A stretch of DNA of 64,000 nucleotides from Octopus sinensis (Eukaryota). Below the pieces are notes generated by a model, which searched no databases, had not been told where the DNA came from, and saw only the letters and a program-made list of their open reading frames with translations. Below, in pieces: positions 53,240 to 64,000 of this stretch. The stretch lies in assembly GCF_006345805.1 (NCBI RefSeq), contig NC_043008.1, positions 30,008,001 through 30,072,000 of the forward strand, written 5' to 3'. The stretch's first letter is position 1, and each line of letters starts with the position of its first letter. Made by a program: the position numbers and the translations under genes.

Positions 53240-53990
53240 TAGGGATTTCTTAAAAGAAACGCTATATGTAAACGCTATAAGACCAACATTTTAAGAAATA
53301 TGTTATTGAAACGTGGAAACGCTTCTCCGATGACTGCTTCATTTTGGGGGAGAAATCAGATAATCTCGAAATAATTGATAACGCTCGCAATAATCTCGAA
53401 ATAATTGATAACGCTCGCAATAATCTCGAAATAATTGATAACGTCTGGACAGAAGTTAGTCATAATGACGCATCGTTCCTAGACACTCACGTATTAAATG
53501 CGACTCCACAGTCACAAATGATATTTATTACACATGTGAACACACATCAACACTTGAAATTTTATTTTTGTCATACTTCACACATCAAAAGGAATATTCC
53601 ATACAGTGTGACACAGTGTGTCTGTGGAATACTAGCTGGTATGACAATACCTCAAATTCGACTCAACGAACTCAGAGACTTGCAAATAAGGCAAAAACGT
53701 CTCCTTAAATCAGTATATGGTGGAGTTATAAAGATAATGAAGCTTAACAACTGAGGATACCAAAACATTTGAAGAGAATACCATTCCATATATTAATACG
53801 CTATTAAAAAAAAATTCTTCACACTACAAAAATAAACCTACTAATACTCACACAAAACACCAAAAGGAAACATTTCTATGAAACCATAAACGTCAAACAA
53901 AATATTAAAAAAAACATCATAAGAAAGCAAAATTCACATCAGAGAATAATTATCCGTGAAACACTGTGAGGATAATAGCTATAGAACATG
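53240..53990 (+). mobile_element. Penelope-like element RT C-terminal/thumb remnant
   Basis: WKRFSDDCFIL (equivalent of W.RYIDD.F), SFLDT, THQHL.FYFCHTSHIKRNIPYSV, RLNELR, NTIPYINT. Confidence 0.8.
53360..53443 (+). repeat. 30-bp tandem repeat, ~2.8 copies, in frame within the PLE RT relic
   Basis: ATAATCTCGAAATAATTGATAACGCTCGCA twice plus a partial copy; encodes NNLEIIDNAR. Confidence 0.9.
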
Positions 53991-54675
53991 TAACAACAGC
54001 AACAACTCCAATAACACTGATTCCCACATAAAAAAAAAAATTAATTGGTGTCTCCTTCAAAGTAAATGCTGATAGGGACTGTAAAACTCTGAATCTCAAA
54101 AACTACATTCTCAAAAAATGTATTCCCTGTCGTTTTCACCAGAGAGTACTAATAATTTGAGTTAAGCTCTGATTAGTTTCGGAAATAGAAAACTTTTCCT
54201 CGCACTGAAACGCAATCTGAAGGCCAAGTTCTAGAAACGTAACCAAGCTTCGAAGAGTTGGATAGAGGAAATAGGCACAAAACGTAGTTTAGTGCGGTTC
54301 CAGAAAATAAAATGCAAAGCTACATGAAAATAAAAGTACGATAACATGATATCTATCGTGAAACGTAATTCACATAGCAATATGCATATAACTGACCAAA
54401 GATATGTTCATGTGTGTCTGTGTGCTTGTATGTCTATGTATATGTGTGTGTGTGTGTGTCTCTCTCTCTCTATATATATATATACATTTTTTCCATCTTC
54501 ATACTCAGTTAAAATATGTAAGAAAAATTATATTAATGTGTCCTACTTGTTAAAGAATTATTTTATTTTGCGCAACTGAAGATAGCATTACATTTAAATG
54601 TAATGATTGCATTGTTCAATTAAATTGAGCCGCGCTTGAAACGAACGTACTGCCTTTCTACTTGATATTCTGTTG

Positions 54676-54744
<69 letters not shown>

Positions 54745-56135
54745 ATACATACATATATATGTATGTGTATGCATACATACAGATAGATAGATAGATACAA
54801 AGAGAGTCTATTTATTCTCCAGTATCAAACAAGTATTGATTTATTCTACTTATGTACTATTCTCCTATATCAAAACTAAATTTGGAGGATAAAAACTATT
54901 TTGTCTCCGCATCAAATATATCTAAATTTTTTACCAAGTCATGCGTATTTTTTACTGAATTCATTCAAACAAAATATGGATTTCAGTTTTAAGTCATGGC
55001 TCATTGCTTGCACTGCTCAACGTAAAGAGAACAGCTCCTCTATATTGTCCTTATTTTAGTGTTGTGTTTATAGTTATGCACATTCTATGCAAAGTTAGTT
55101 ACGACATTTTTACTTGCCCCATATCGATTAAGAACGTTCGACAAATGTTATACTGGCTCAGTTTATATATCGCGTGGGATATTTAACATTCCTCCTTACC
55201 ACAGTTGTATATGAGTACAAATTTAAAGAATGAAAATATATGGAGGTGGGACGGTAATTGTGCAATATAGCCATTGGCTGCTATGATATGGGTCAGGTGA
55301 TTTATAGTAATGCAAACCTTTTACATATATCGGTAGACTTAACACTATTCATAGTTCGGTCATAATCTTGATGATGGCCTATTTATTTTGCGCACTAAGA
55401 AACTCACTGTATAGATATATTTCCGATTCTTTTTCTCCTTGCATTCATATATCTGTACCAATACACACTCTGGTTTAATTACACAAACTTATATACACAT
55501 TTTCTATACGCTTTTGTTCATGTTATGGATCTTGACAATACGTACAACAGTACGTTACAGGCAATGAGGATGTGAATAGATTAATAATGTGTGCCTGTAT
55601 AGGTATCTGTTTGCATATGTTTTGTATTTTCTTGTCCTTTCCTTGTGCTGCAAAAAATATCTCATTCTAAAATCATTATCATCTAGTTTTGATCTTAAAT
55701 TGTTGCAAATAACTATTCAACTTCGAGGAAAATATCAACAATCTGGTAGTATTTGAGTATGGTATTTCAAAGTCATTACACGTATCAAAAATGGCAATAT
55801 ATCTATAGATCTTAACTGATAACATTTCATTTTACAAGGTAGACAGAGCTTGTAGATAAATACACATTTTTTTCCTTATTGATAAAATATACGCGTGTAT
55901 TGGATTATTATGATGTTCAGCATTATGCTCCACTTTCGGATTTGCATACATTTTTCATTTATTATGTTTACTCAAAAATTATTAATAGTATTAGAATTAA
56001 CAAGCACAACACACATAACGACAAAGAAGACGATATAATTCTGACAACGATTTTAATTTAGCAAATGCAATTGTTGGTTTGAGACTCTCGTACAACCCAT
56101 ACACATACGCACGAATGCGCACGAGCGAGAAGGAA

Positions 56136-56200
<65 letters not shown>

Positions 56201-57559
56201 ATACGCATTTAAGTAAATATGTATATATATGTATATATATATTTATATATATATGTATATATATATATGTATATGTATATATATATATTTATATATATAT
56301 ATGTATGTATATATATGTATATATATAAATATACATGTGATACTTATATTTTGTGTCGCTGATATTTGGATGTGTCTGTATTGCAATATAAGTATGTAAG
56401 TATAATAACTATGAAGAAAATGTCAATCTCTTGATCGCCTGCAATTTCCAACAATGTTTCTCGAAAGACGTTTTCTAATAAATTCGAATCAATGGCAAAA
56501 AACACTTTTTAAACAAAGTCTCTATTGAAACGAACTAAACAAACTTCCGCTCTTAGAAATGCTAAACATGATTGTTTGTTCATTTCACTTGCTTTTTTTT
56601 CTTTGTTCATTTTACTTGTTTTTATTTGTTCATTTTTTTTGCTTTTGTTTGTTCCTTTTGCTTTTTGTTTGTTCAGTTTAGTTGCTTTTTTGTTTTTTAA
56701 AGTAATTTTGTCCAATTGAAGAAAAAAATCATGAGAATCAAAACAGGATATATAGCTGAAAGACAGTGTTCATTATGCGAAATAAATGATATATCCATGT
56801 AACATTTAAGCGGAATAACGATCGAATTATTGACAATACGAAAGCAGTGAAGAGGAAATAATAAAAACAAATAAATAACTATAGCTGAAAAGAGAGAAAG
56901 AAATCCTCAAAAGAATGAGCCGTACATAACAATGAACATTGTCAGTGATAAAAAACGGAAGTATTTAAATGTTTGATTATGTATTATGTAGGTGGATAAC
57001 GACTAATGAGTTCGTATCTCCTCACAAATCCACATTTTCTTTTAGGCAACAATGATTAACTTATACTGATTAAGCTTAACATGCACCCCAATATTTATCG
57101 TTGGTCCCCCTAGCAACTGCAGCGAAATTCGCTTTATAACGAATGTGAAGCGACGAATGAAAGATGTTTGGATAATATGTTCCCTGATAATGTATGTCGC
57201 AGTATAATAATGAATGGTCACGACTGAAACGAATTTGATCATAAATCATTTCTTGAAATAAAGAAGGGCAAAGTAAACATAGAGTGTGTTGTGCCGATAG
57301 ACCTCTTAATTTGAGTTTTCTTATAAGTATTTACTGAGCAATGAGAACTCGTTTGAACACTTAAATTCATTTATAGATTCACAATGAGATGTTGCTTTTA
57401 CTTTTTCTCTAGTTGGACATGATCGAGTAGAAAAATGGCCAAAGATATCTCAACTCTATACATTCAGTTTATACGAGTATAATATATATAACAGTATTTT
57501 CTGAAATTGGTAAAGTGTGATTTGATGAATATTTAGTTTCTTTTTTAAACAGATAGAAC

Positions 57560-58330
57560 TCCCACTTATGGAATTCTATGTATTCTGATAGCGCTTCTGT
57601 AACAATAATCAACGCCGAAATAAACGGTATTTCCAGTGTAGAACTTGTTACTACGTTCCCTTATTTGCACTTTTCATCGAGGGACTGAGATATCTACAAC
57701 ATTTGTATCATAAAGAAACGGTTAAGCTTCATAGCCTTTCACCAGTTAGAAAAACTGTGCTTGCATAAGCCACAAACACTTCCAACTAATCAGAGTAAAC
57801 TTTCATCCTTCTCATTTCAATTTGAGTGTCGATTAGCAAAGCAAAATATTTACACTTTCTTTCAGATACATATAATTTTCACCATATTCTGTAAGGTACA
57901 GTGACCAGCTTCAAATTCTGCAACAATCTCACGGATTGTGACTGATTTTTTCGCTAGTATCAATCGGAAACGTGTGTATGTACTCGCTCCTGTTTCGTAT
58001 CAGTAGTGACAGTTGTTTTGCTAAAAAAGCGGGTTTTACCACTTTGAACATTTTAGCCATTCCTGCATATTGACCTCGTAGAAGGTATCAGCTTCGTAAA
58101 CACGTAGTATCCTTCTGTGAATGTTGAAGAGTATGTATTTCTCCCTCGCCAAGAGCTTAACGATGGTAGGTTTATTTGAATAGAAATTTGTTCTTGGCTT
58201 TCAAATAAAAAATAACAAGAACTGCTATAAAGGAACAGGTACTCTACCAACATGAACAATGTAAATGACATGTGCCAGTTAATAAAAAAAATCATGCCTG
58301 CTCTTGTATGACATTCATAAAACGGCGTAC
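57560..58330 (-). mobile_element. Degenerate mariner transposase 5' half
   Basis: IVKLLAREK...NIHRRILRVY..D....MQEW.K (first HTH), VTIREIVAEF (second HTH), LTGE (equivalent of VTGDE). Confidence 0.5.
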
Positions 58331-59054
58331 TCACTAAATGACGCTTATTCAGTCCTTGGAAATATTAAATGGAAATTATTGAAACAAAATGATTAAAATA
58401 TTCCTAAAAGTTCAGGTGAAGCAATTTGAAATGACAAGCTGACACTTTAAACATTCTATTTTAATTGACAGCAACATAACAAATTCACGTATGAAATTAT
58501 GCACTCTGTTTCACTGCAATAATTTCAAGATGTTTGTTATTTATTCGTTTTTGTGTTCTCTTAACAATGTTACATTACGTCAATAGTTTTCATTTATTTT
58601 TTAAAGAGAGCAAGTTAAAATTTTAATAGCATTTTGTGTGTGCATACGTGCATACGTATACATATATATATATATGTATATACATACGGACATACGTGTG
58701 TATATATATATATTTATTTCTATATATATTGTGTATATCCTTATATAAACGCATTCATACTCACACAGCCACACACACATATACACACACGCATATATAT
58801 ACATGACCTCACTCCACCAAACATCCATGTTTCTTCTCGTACATGTCTCTAATACTTAACAGAGAGCATTTCGAAATAATCATTTCCAACTTCAGGTATT
58901 GCAGTTAGGTTGAGTGGTTTGCTTTAAAAGCACGTGGTTCTATTTTGTCTAGTTTTCAGCATGACTAGTTCTTCGTGTGTTGAATGTAGGTAGAAATTGC
59001 GGATTTCGTCGTCGCCTACGTCCCTAACAAATTATATGCAAAAGGAATATATGC

Positions 59055-59088
<34 letters not shown>

Positions 59089-59096
<8 letters not shown>

Positions 59097-59200
59097 ACCG
59101 ACCAGACCATCAGATGTTGCTACACATCGCTGGTCACAATGCGTTCGCATTGTTTTTTAGCTTTCGAATGACGCCACCCCACTGGCTAAGCGAGCAGGCC
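59089..59200 (-). mobile_element. ~120-bp interspersed repeat with CACGTGAT tail, copy 2
   Basis: Matches 45731-45850. Confidence 0.75.
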
Positions 59201-59229
59201 ACACAACTCCACTTTGTTTTATATATATA

Positions 59230-59285
<56 letters not shown>

Positions 59286-59465
59286 TTGTATGTATATATG
59301 TATTTTTTTATGTATATATATGTATGTGTATTGTGTGTATGGGATTGTTTTGATTAAACAGTGTGGATTTTTACAGTTCGGTAAATGATAATGACATTTT
59401 ATAGGCTTATAAATTATACATGGATATATATATATATACATAGATACCTACATATGCACACATAT

Positions 59466-59576
<111 letters not shown>

Positions 59577-59588
59577 TGTATGCATATA

Positions 59589-59755
59589 TAGGGAGAATTC
59601 ACACAAAAACCAAAAGACGAAGACGGGTGGTGTAGACAACAAACAGATGTATTAAGTTAACGCTCGAGAAGTGAAAAAGACTTTGACGTTTCGAGCCTAT
59701 GCTCTTCCACAGAAAGGAACACAGAAAGAAACAGGGAGAGAAAATAAAGAATATG
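59589..59755 (-). mobile_element. Hammerhead-bearing repeat family H1, second copy
   Basis: Reverse complement aligns to 41161-41358. Confidence 0.75.
59681..59716 (-). ncRNA. Minimal type-I hammerhead ribozyme motif (U6 variant core)
   Basis: cttt CTGTGGA A GAGC-atag-GCTC GAAA CGT C aaag: GUC triplet, perfect 4-bp stem I CTTT/AAAG. Confidence 0.65.
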
Positions 59756-59943
59756 TTCATAAACGTATATGAGTGTATGCATGTATATGTTTATGTATAC
59801 ATATGTGTATGTATAGATAGATAAATAGATAGATAGCTAGATTGATAGATAGATCTACCAAACGTGCATCTAAATACCAACGAAGGGGAATATTACTATT
59901 TGTAAATCTCTCAACGAGAGGTATTCAACAACAGCTCTCTAGA

Positions 59944-60251
59944 GTAAAAATTATTTGCAACATAACATGGCAGTCCTGGTTTAGGACGAATGTTGATGTA
60001 ATTTAGACCCAGGAGACATCATCTCCGGCTGGCTATACGACACGATCTGTGCCCTTATATTTTCGAACAAAGGCAATAACCCAGAAATAGTGATGCACAT
60101 ATGTAGTTTTGAGCTGAGTGGGGGTGCAAAATACCCTAGTTGGAAAATATAAGGACACAGATCATGTCGTATAGCCAGTTGGATGGGCTAAATTACGGCA
60201 ACATTCATCCTAAGCCAGGACTGCCATGTCATGTTGGCAAATAATCTTTAC
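59944..60251. mobile_element. MITE-like element with ~110-120-bp imperfect terminal inverted repeats
   Basis: Left GTAAAAATTATTTGCAACATAACATGGCAGTCCTGGTTTAGGACGAATGTTG...CTGGCTATACGACACGATCTGTG.CCTTATATTTTC matches the reverse complement of the right end. Short non-coding centre. Confidence 0.85.
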
Positions 60252-60390
60252 CAACGAAGCAGATGTAAACCGCAATGAAAAGCACCAAAATACGACCAAA
60301 TTGTGATAGTAAATATGAATATGATATAGCTAACACAGTAACAACGTCGGAAAATGATGGGAGAACTGCTATATATACAAAAACCATAAT

Positions 60391-60790
60391 AAATGCTCAT
60401 GCAGAGAAAGATCATAATGCCCATTGATGAGCCGGTATATGAATACAAATCTTGTCTATAAATGCATCGTGCACAGAAGGGGAGGGACGTATATTTACAT
60501 AGAGCAAGCGGCTGATTCATTTAAGAATCGTTATCGCAATCATGTCGCCAGCTTGAAGAGAATCAATAAGAGGCATTCAACATCTTTGACCGATTTTGTG
60601 ATGTGACTGAGGGAAGATGAATTTAAGTATAACATAACTTGGTCAATGATAAGGCACGAAATATCATTTCCAGGAGATGCTGACTCTTTTCTGGCGAATC
60701 TTCGTCTATTCTGTTGACCACTGAGAAGAGCATTAATAGAATTTCTGAACGATTCTTAAGATGCTTACATTCATATAAATCCAATGTCGC
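60391..60790 (+). mobile_element. Penelope-like element GIY-YIG endonuclease remnant
   Basis: KCSCRERS*CPL....NLVYKCIV....TYIYIEQAADSFKNRYRNHVASL....RHSTSLTDFV..L.....YNITWSMI follows the PLE pattern CNC..CPL..C...NLVY...YIG...FK.RY.NH..SF...STELS.YIW.LK....I.WSI. Confidence 0.8.
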
Positions 60791-63421
60791 TCAATACAGT
60801 GGGAAGGAATTTGAGTAACTAATAACATAATTTACTTCAAGGTATGGATGAATTAAGTTTAGCTTTAACCTCTCCCATTCTTATAAGCACCAAGTAGCTA
60901 TTTAACTCGCTATGTGAAGGTGTGTGCCTCCAAACCACATGTTCGCGTATGCTTACATATTCGTGGATGCTTCTATGAGCAGATGTACATGTGTTATGCA
61001 GCTTGCGCGAGACCGTTTACACATTCATATCTGTTAATACTTTTTACGTTGCATTGCGTCTTAGTTGTTTGTTTGTTTTTTACATCTGTTATTTTATTCT
61101 CGATCTTCTATATAAGTGAAGATATATCTTTTGTTTTGCTGCTTTTTTTTTTACATGAAATAAGAAAATACATTGTGGAACTGTTATTTTAACGAGTTAT
61201 ATCTATTTATCACCCGATGAGACACATCTGTACCGCCGGATGCTCCTGAACCAGTTGCTAAGTATCCCATCCGTGATGGTGTAATGCTAGATGTATCGAA
61301 AAAATTGTCATGACTAATATAAGTTGTCGTATCTTCCAACATCCGTCTTTCAGTTACCACATAAAAACATACTTTTATATATAGGTATTTATATATATAT
61401 ATGTATACACACACATATGTGTGTATGCATATATATGTATTTATCTATCTTCTATATTCATATAGTATATACATATTTGTATATACATATATATATATAT
61501 ATGTATATGCATATGTATATATGCGATGATGATGATGATGATGATGGATGCATATACGGATAATTAAATACGTGTAGAGATAATTTCATAATCTGTCATA
61601 TTAATAGATTTATTTTTAAAATTCGTATGGAGATGAATATATCAATTGCTCCGAAGTTGTATATCTGCTAAACTAATGGTCATTGCCATTGTTTTCTTGT
61701 GTAGTTATTCATTGCTTCCCCGTATCATTTCTGTAGTCACGACTAATTTGTTGCAATGATATTTCTGGCTTCTACAAACTTTAATTGTTACATGTAGCAT
61801 GCCACTAAATACGGTGCACATGCTACTCGGTCACGATAGCTTTGACTAGAAATGAGGATGTATCCTCGTCTTCGTTATTACTTTTTTATTTCTGAGAATT
61901 CGTGTTGGAAATGTCCTTCAGTAGTGGATTACTACTGTCTTTACCTGATGTTGGTATGTAGATGTAGCTCACCTCTGTATTCTATTTAAGTTAATTTTCT
62001 GAGAAGTACATCGTTGTGGTCTTTCGTTTGTACTGTATTTGAATGTAGCTACCTTGCTACGAAGACTGCTGTTACTCAAAGATGCGCTTAGCCATACTTG
62101 CTCCAAATGTTAATGAGGTACATTCTGACGACTTTGGTTTTGGCCAGCTCAGAAACTATAATATTGGTGATGTAATCTTTCTGTTTTATAATCATTCCTA
62201 ATACATCTACAGTAAATGTTTATTCGTCAATTACGTCTCGATTTATATAAGTTATTGGAATGCATTTCTAAGTGAAAAGAAATGGAATGAATTCGCGTGT
62301 CATTCATTCACCTATCGAATAACATAAATAAAAACATCTCATCAAAGTGAGAACTAAATCTCGTTTCCTGTACTCAGCTTCTTAAAATTCTTTCCTGAAT
62401 CTTCACTGATCGATACTTGTCATCCAACATGCTTTCAATTATTTTCTAATTGCTTGCTTCAGATTAATAAAATTTATTAAATACCCAAATTTTTTTACGG
62501 CTCTTTTTATGAAGCAATTCAACCCGTAAAGCAGAGGCATGTGTTATTAACGTTTTATCAATTTATGTCTTTGTGGTCTTGAGTAAATTAGTTGTATGAA
62601 AATTAAGATTACGTGGGGCAAGATATCACGCTGAGAGACGAAAATTGCTGAATTGAATTTTTTGAATTACGTTACGGTGCTTTACATGCTTTACATTTGT
62701 GAGATAGAATCGCTCAAAGAATTCAGAGCGTTTTGCATTTCTTCTTTTATCTCATCTTATTAACGTTTAGAGCTGTTCTGGAGCACAGTGGAGTTAAGTC
62801 TTAAAGAAAATTACAGAATATATTAAAAGTACTTCAATGAGAGACAAATAAATTGATTACGGGACATAAAGCTCATTGGTAATTAACTAATCAACATTGC
62901 ATCGTTCAAGCTAAATTTTATCGATTATTTTCTCCTCTTTCATTCTTACTGGAAATTTATGATCAATACGTCTCGACTTGCATTGAAATGGGCTTCTTCC
63001 AAATTCTGCGTTCTTTGCTATACAGGCTGCATTTTGAAAAAATACTAAGAAAGACTTAAAAGTAAAGCGCAGGTTATTGATATAACTAACAAAAAGAGAA
63101 TGAAAAGAAAAATGACTGGCGACAAGCCACAAGAAAGCATATGATGGAATAAAAAATTGAAGGAATATGGGAGCAGATTTCAGTAAACAATAGTCTATTA
63201 AATCAATAAAGTAGAGCAGAAGGCTGATAATTCATTTCTTAGAAGACATTTCATTCAAATAAAATTTTCATAGTATCCGTCGCCTATAGGCACAGAATAT
63301 CGTACAATAGGCACGTTCGATATTCCTCGCAACTTAAATTTATTGATAAAAAAGCTAAATATAGATACACACACACAAACATGTACACGCACACATAGGC
63401 TTATGTATATATACATATATA

Positions 63422-63452
<31 letters not shown>

Positions 63453-63504
63453 TATATATATATATATATTATATATATATATGTATATATGTATATACAT
63501 ATAT

Positions 63505-63720
63505 CTTTTACTCTTTTACTTGTTTCAGTAATTTGACTGCGGCCATGCTGGAGCACCGCATTTAGTCGAGCAAATCGATCCCAGAGCTTATTCTTTGTAA
63601 GCCTAGTACTTATTCTACCGGCCTCTTTTGCCGACCACTAAGTTACGGGGAAGTAAACACATCAGCATCGATTGTCAAAGCGATGACGGGGGGACAAACA
63701 CAGACACACAAACATATACA
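63505..63720 (-). mobile_element. 3' half of SINE family A
   Basis: CTTTTACTCTTTTACTTGTTTCAGTAATTTGACTGCGGCCATGCTGGAGCACCGC...GTCGAGCAAATCGA...GGGACAAACACAGACAC is the reverse complement of the family A 3' region. Confidence 0.85.
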
Positions 63721-64000
63721 CACACATGCGCACATATATAAATATCTGTGTGTCTGTGTCTGTGTGAATATACACAAACACACATGTATATACATGATTT
63801 TTGTTTACAATATTTCTTTCAGAGCTAGAACATAATATTGAAGGAATTAATCAATCAAGTCAAGCCCAGTAATTATTATAAACCTGGGATTTATGCAAAT
63901 CTATATAATTTCTGAAGCTCTGGGGTACGGGGTATAGGCACACAAAAGGAAATCTTCGAAGTCACACACACACGTATTCATATATATATATATAATATAT

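Noticed and set aside
54627-54643. GAGC-cgc-GCTT-GAAACG, similar to hammerhead stem II plus GAAA
   Set aside because: The CUGANGA core and NUH/stem I are missing. At best a dead relic.
58045-58200. 158-nt minus-strand open 'exon' with splice-like ends (likewise the + strand one near 19985-20035)
   Set aside because: Both translate to mariner transposase motifs and are explained by the TE relics.
61600-62200. Possible third RLE-LINE remnant on the minus strand (LLRKLT, RRGYILIS)
   Set aside because: Only two weak motif echoes amid stops; not supportable by eye.

Overview
Strongly AT-rich, repeat-saturated eukaryotic DNA, most likely an octopus (coleoid cephalopod) intron or intergenic region. 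This is inferred from tRNA-derived SINEs resembling the octopus OK/OR families and from very dense (TA)n/(CA)n/(TG)n microsatellites. I see no complete protein-coding gene, intact transposon ORF, rRNA, tRNA gene or CRISPR array. Most ORFs in the supplied track are microsatellite artefacts (YI/HT/CV runs). Supportable content: (i) four CR1/L2-type LINE 3' fragments whose tail is shared with a SINE family; (ii) about ten copies or fragments of two SINE families; (iii) two RLE-type (R4/Dong/NeSL-like) LINE fragments; (iv) Penelope-like relics (RT, GIY-YIG) and three ~170-200-bp repeats carrying minimal type-I hammerhead ribozyme motifs with covarying stems; (v) three mariner relics and a long-TIR MITE; (vi) a near-perfect 151-bp palindrome, a 4.3-kb TA-rich tract and a compound minisatellite; (vii) a few small, phase-compatible + strand candidate exons with no recognisable homolog. 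The best leads are the hammerhead repeats (one family has a non-canonical U6 core) and the SINE-LINE shared 3' stem-loop. Both extend known biology rather than proving a new system. All alignments were done by eye and no database search was run.
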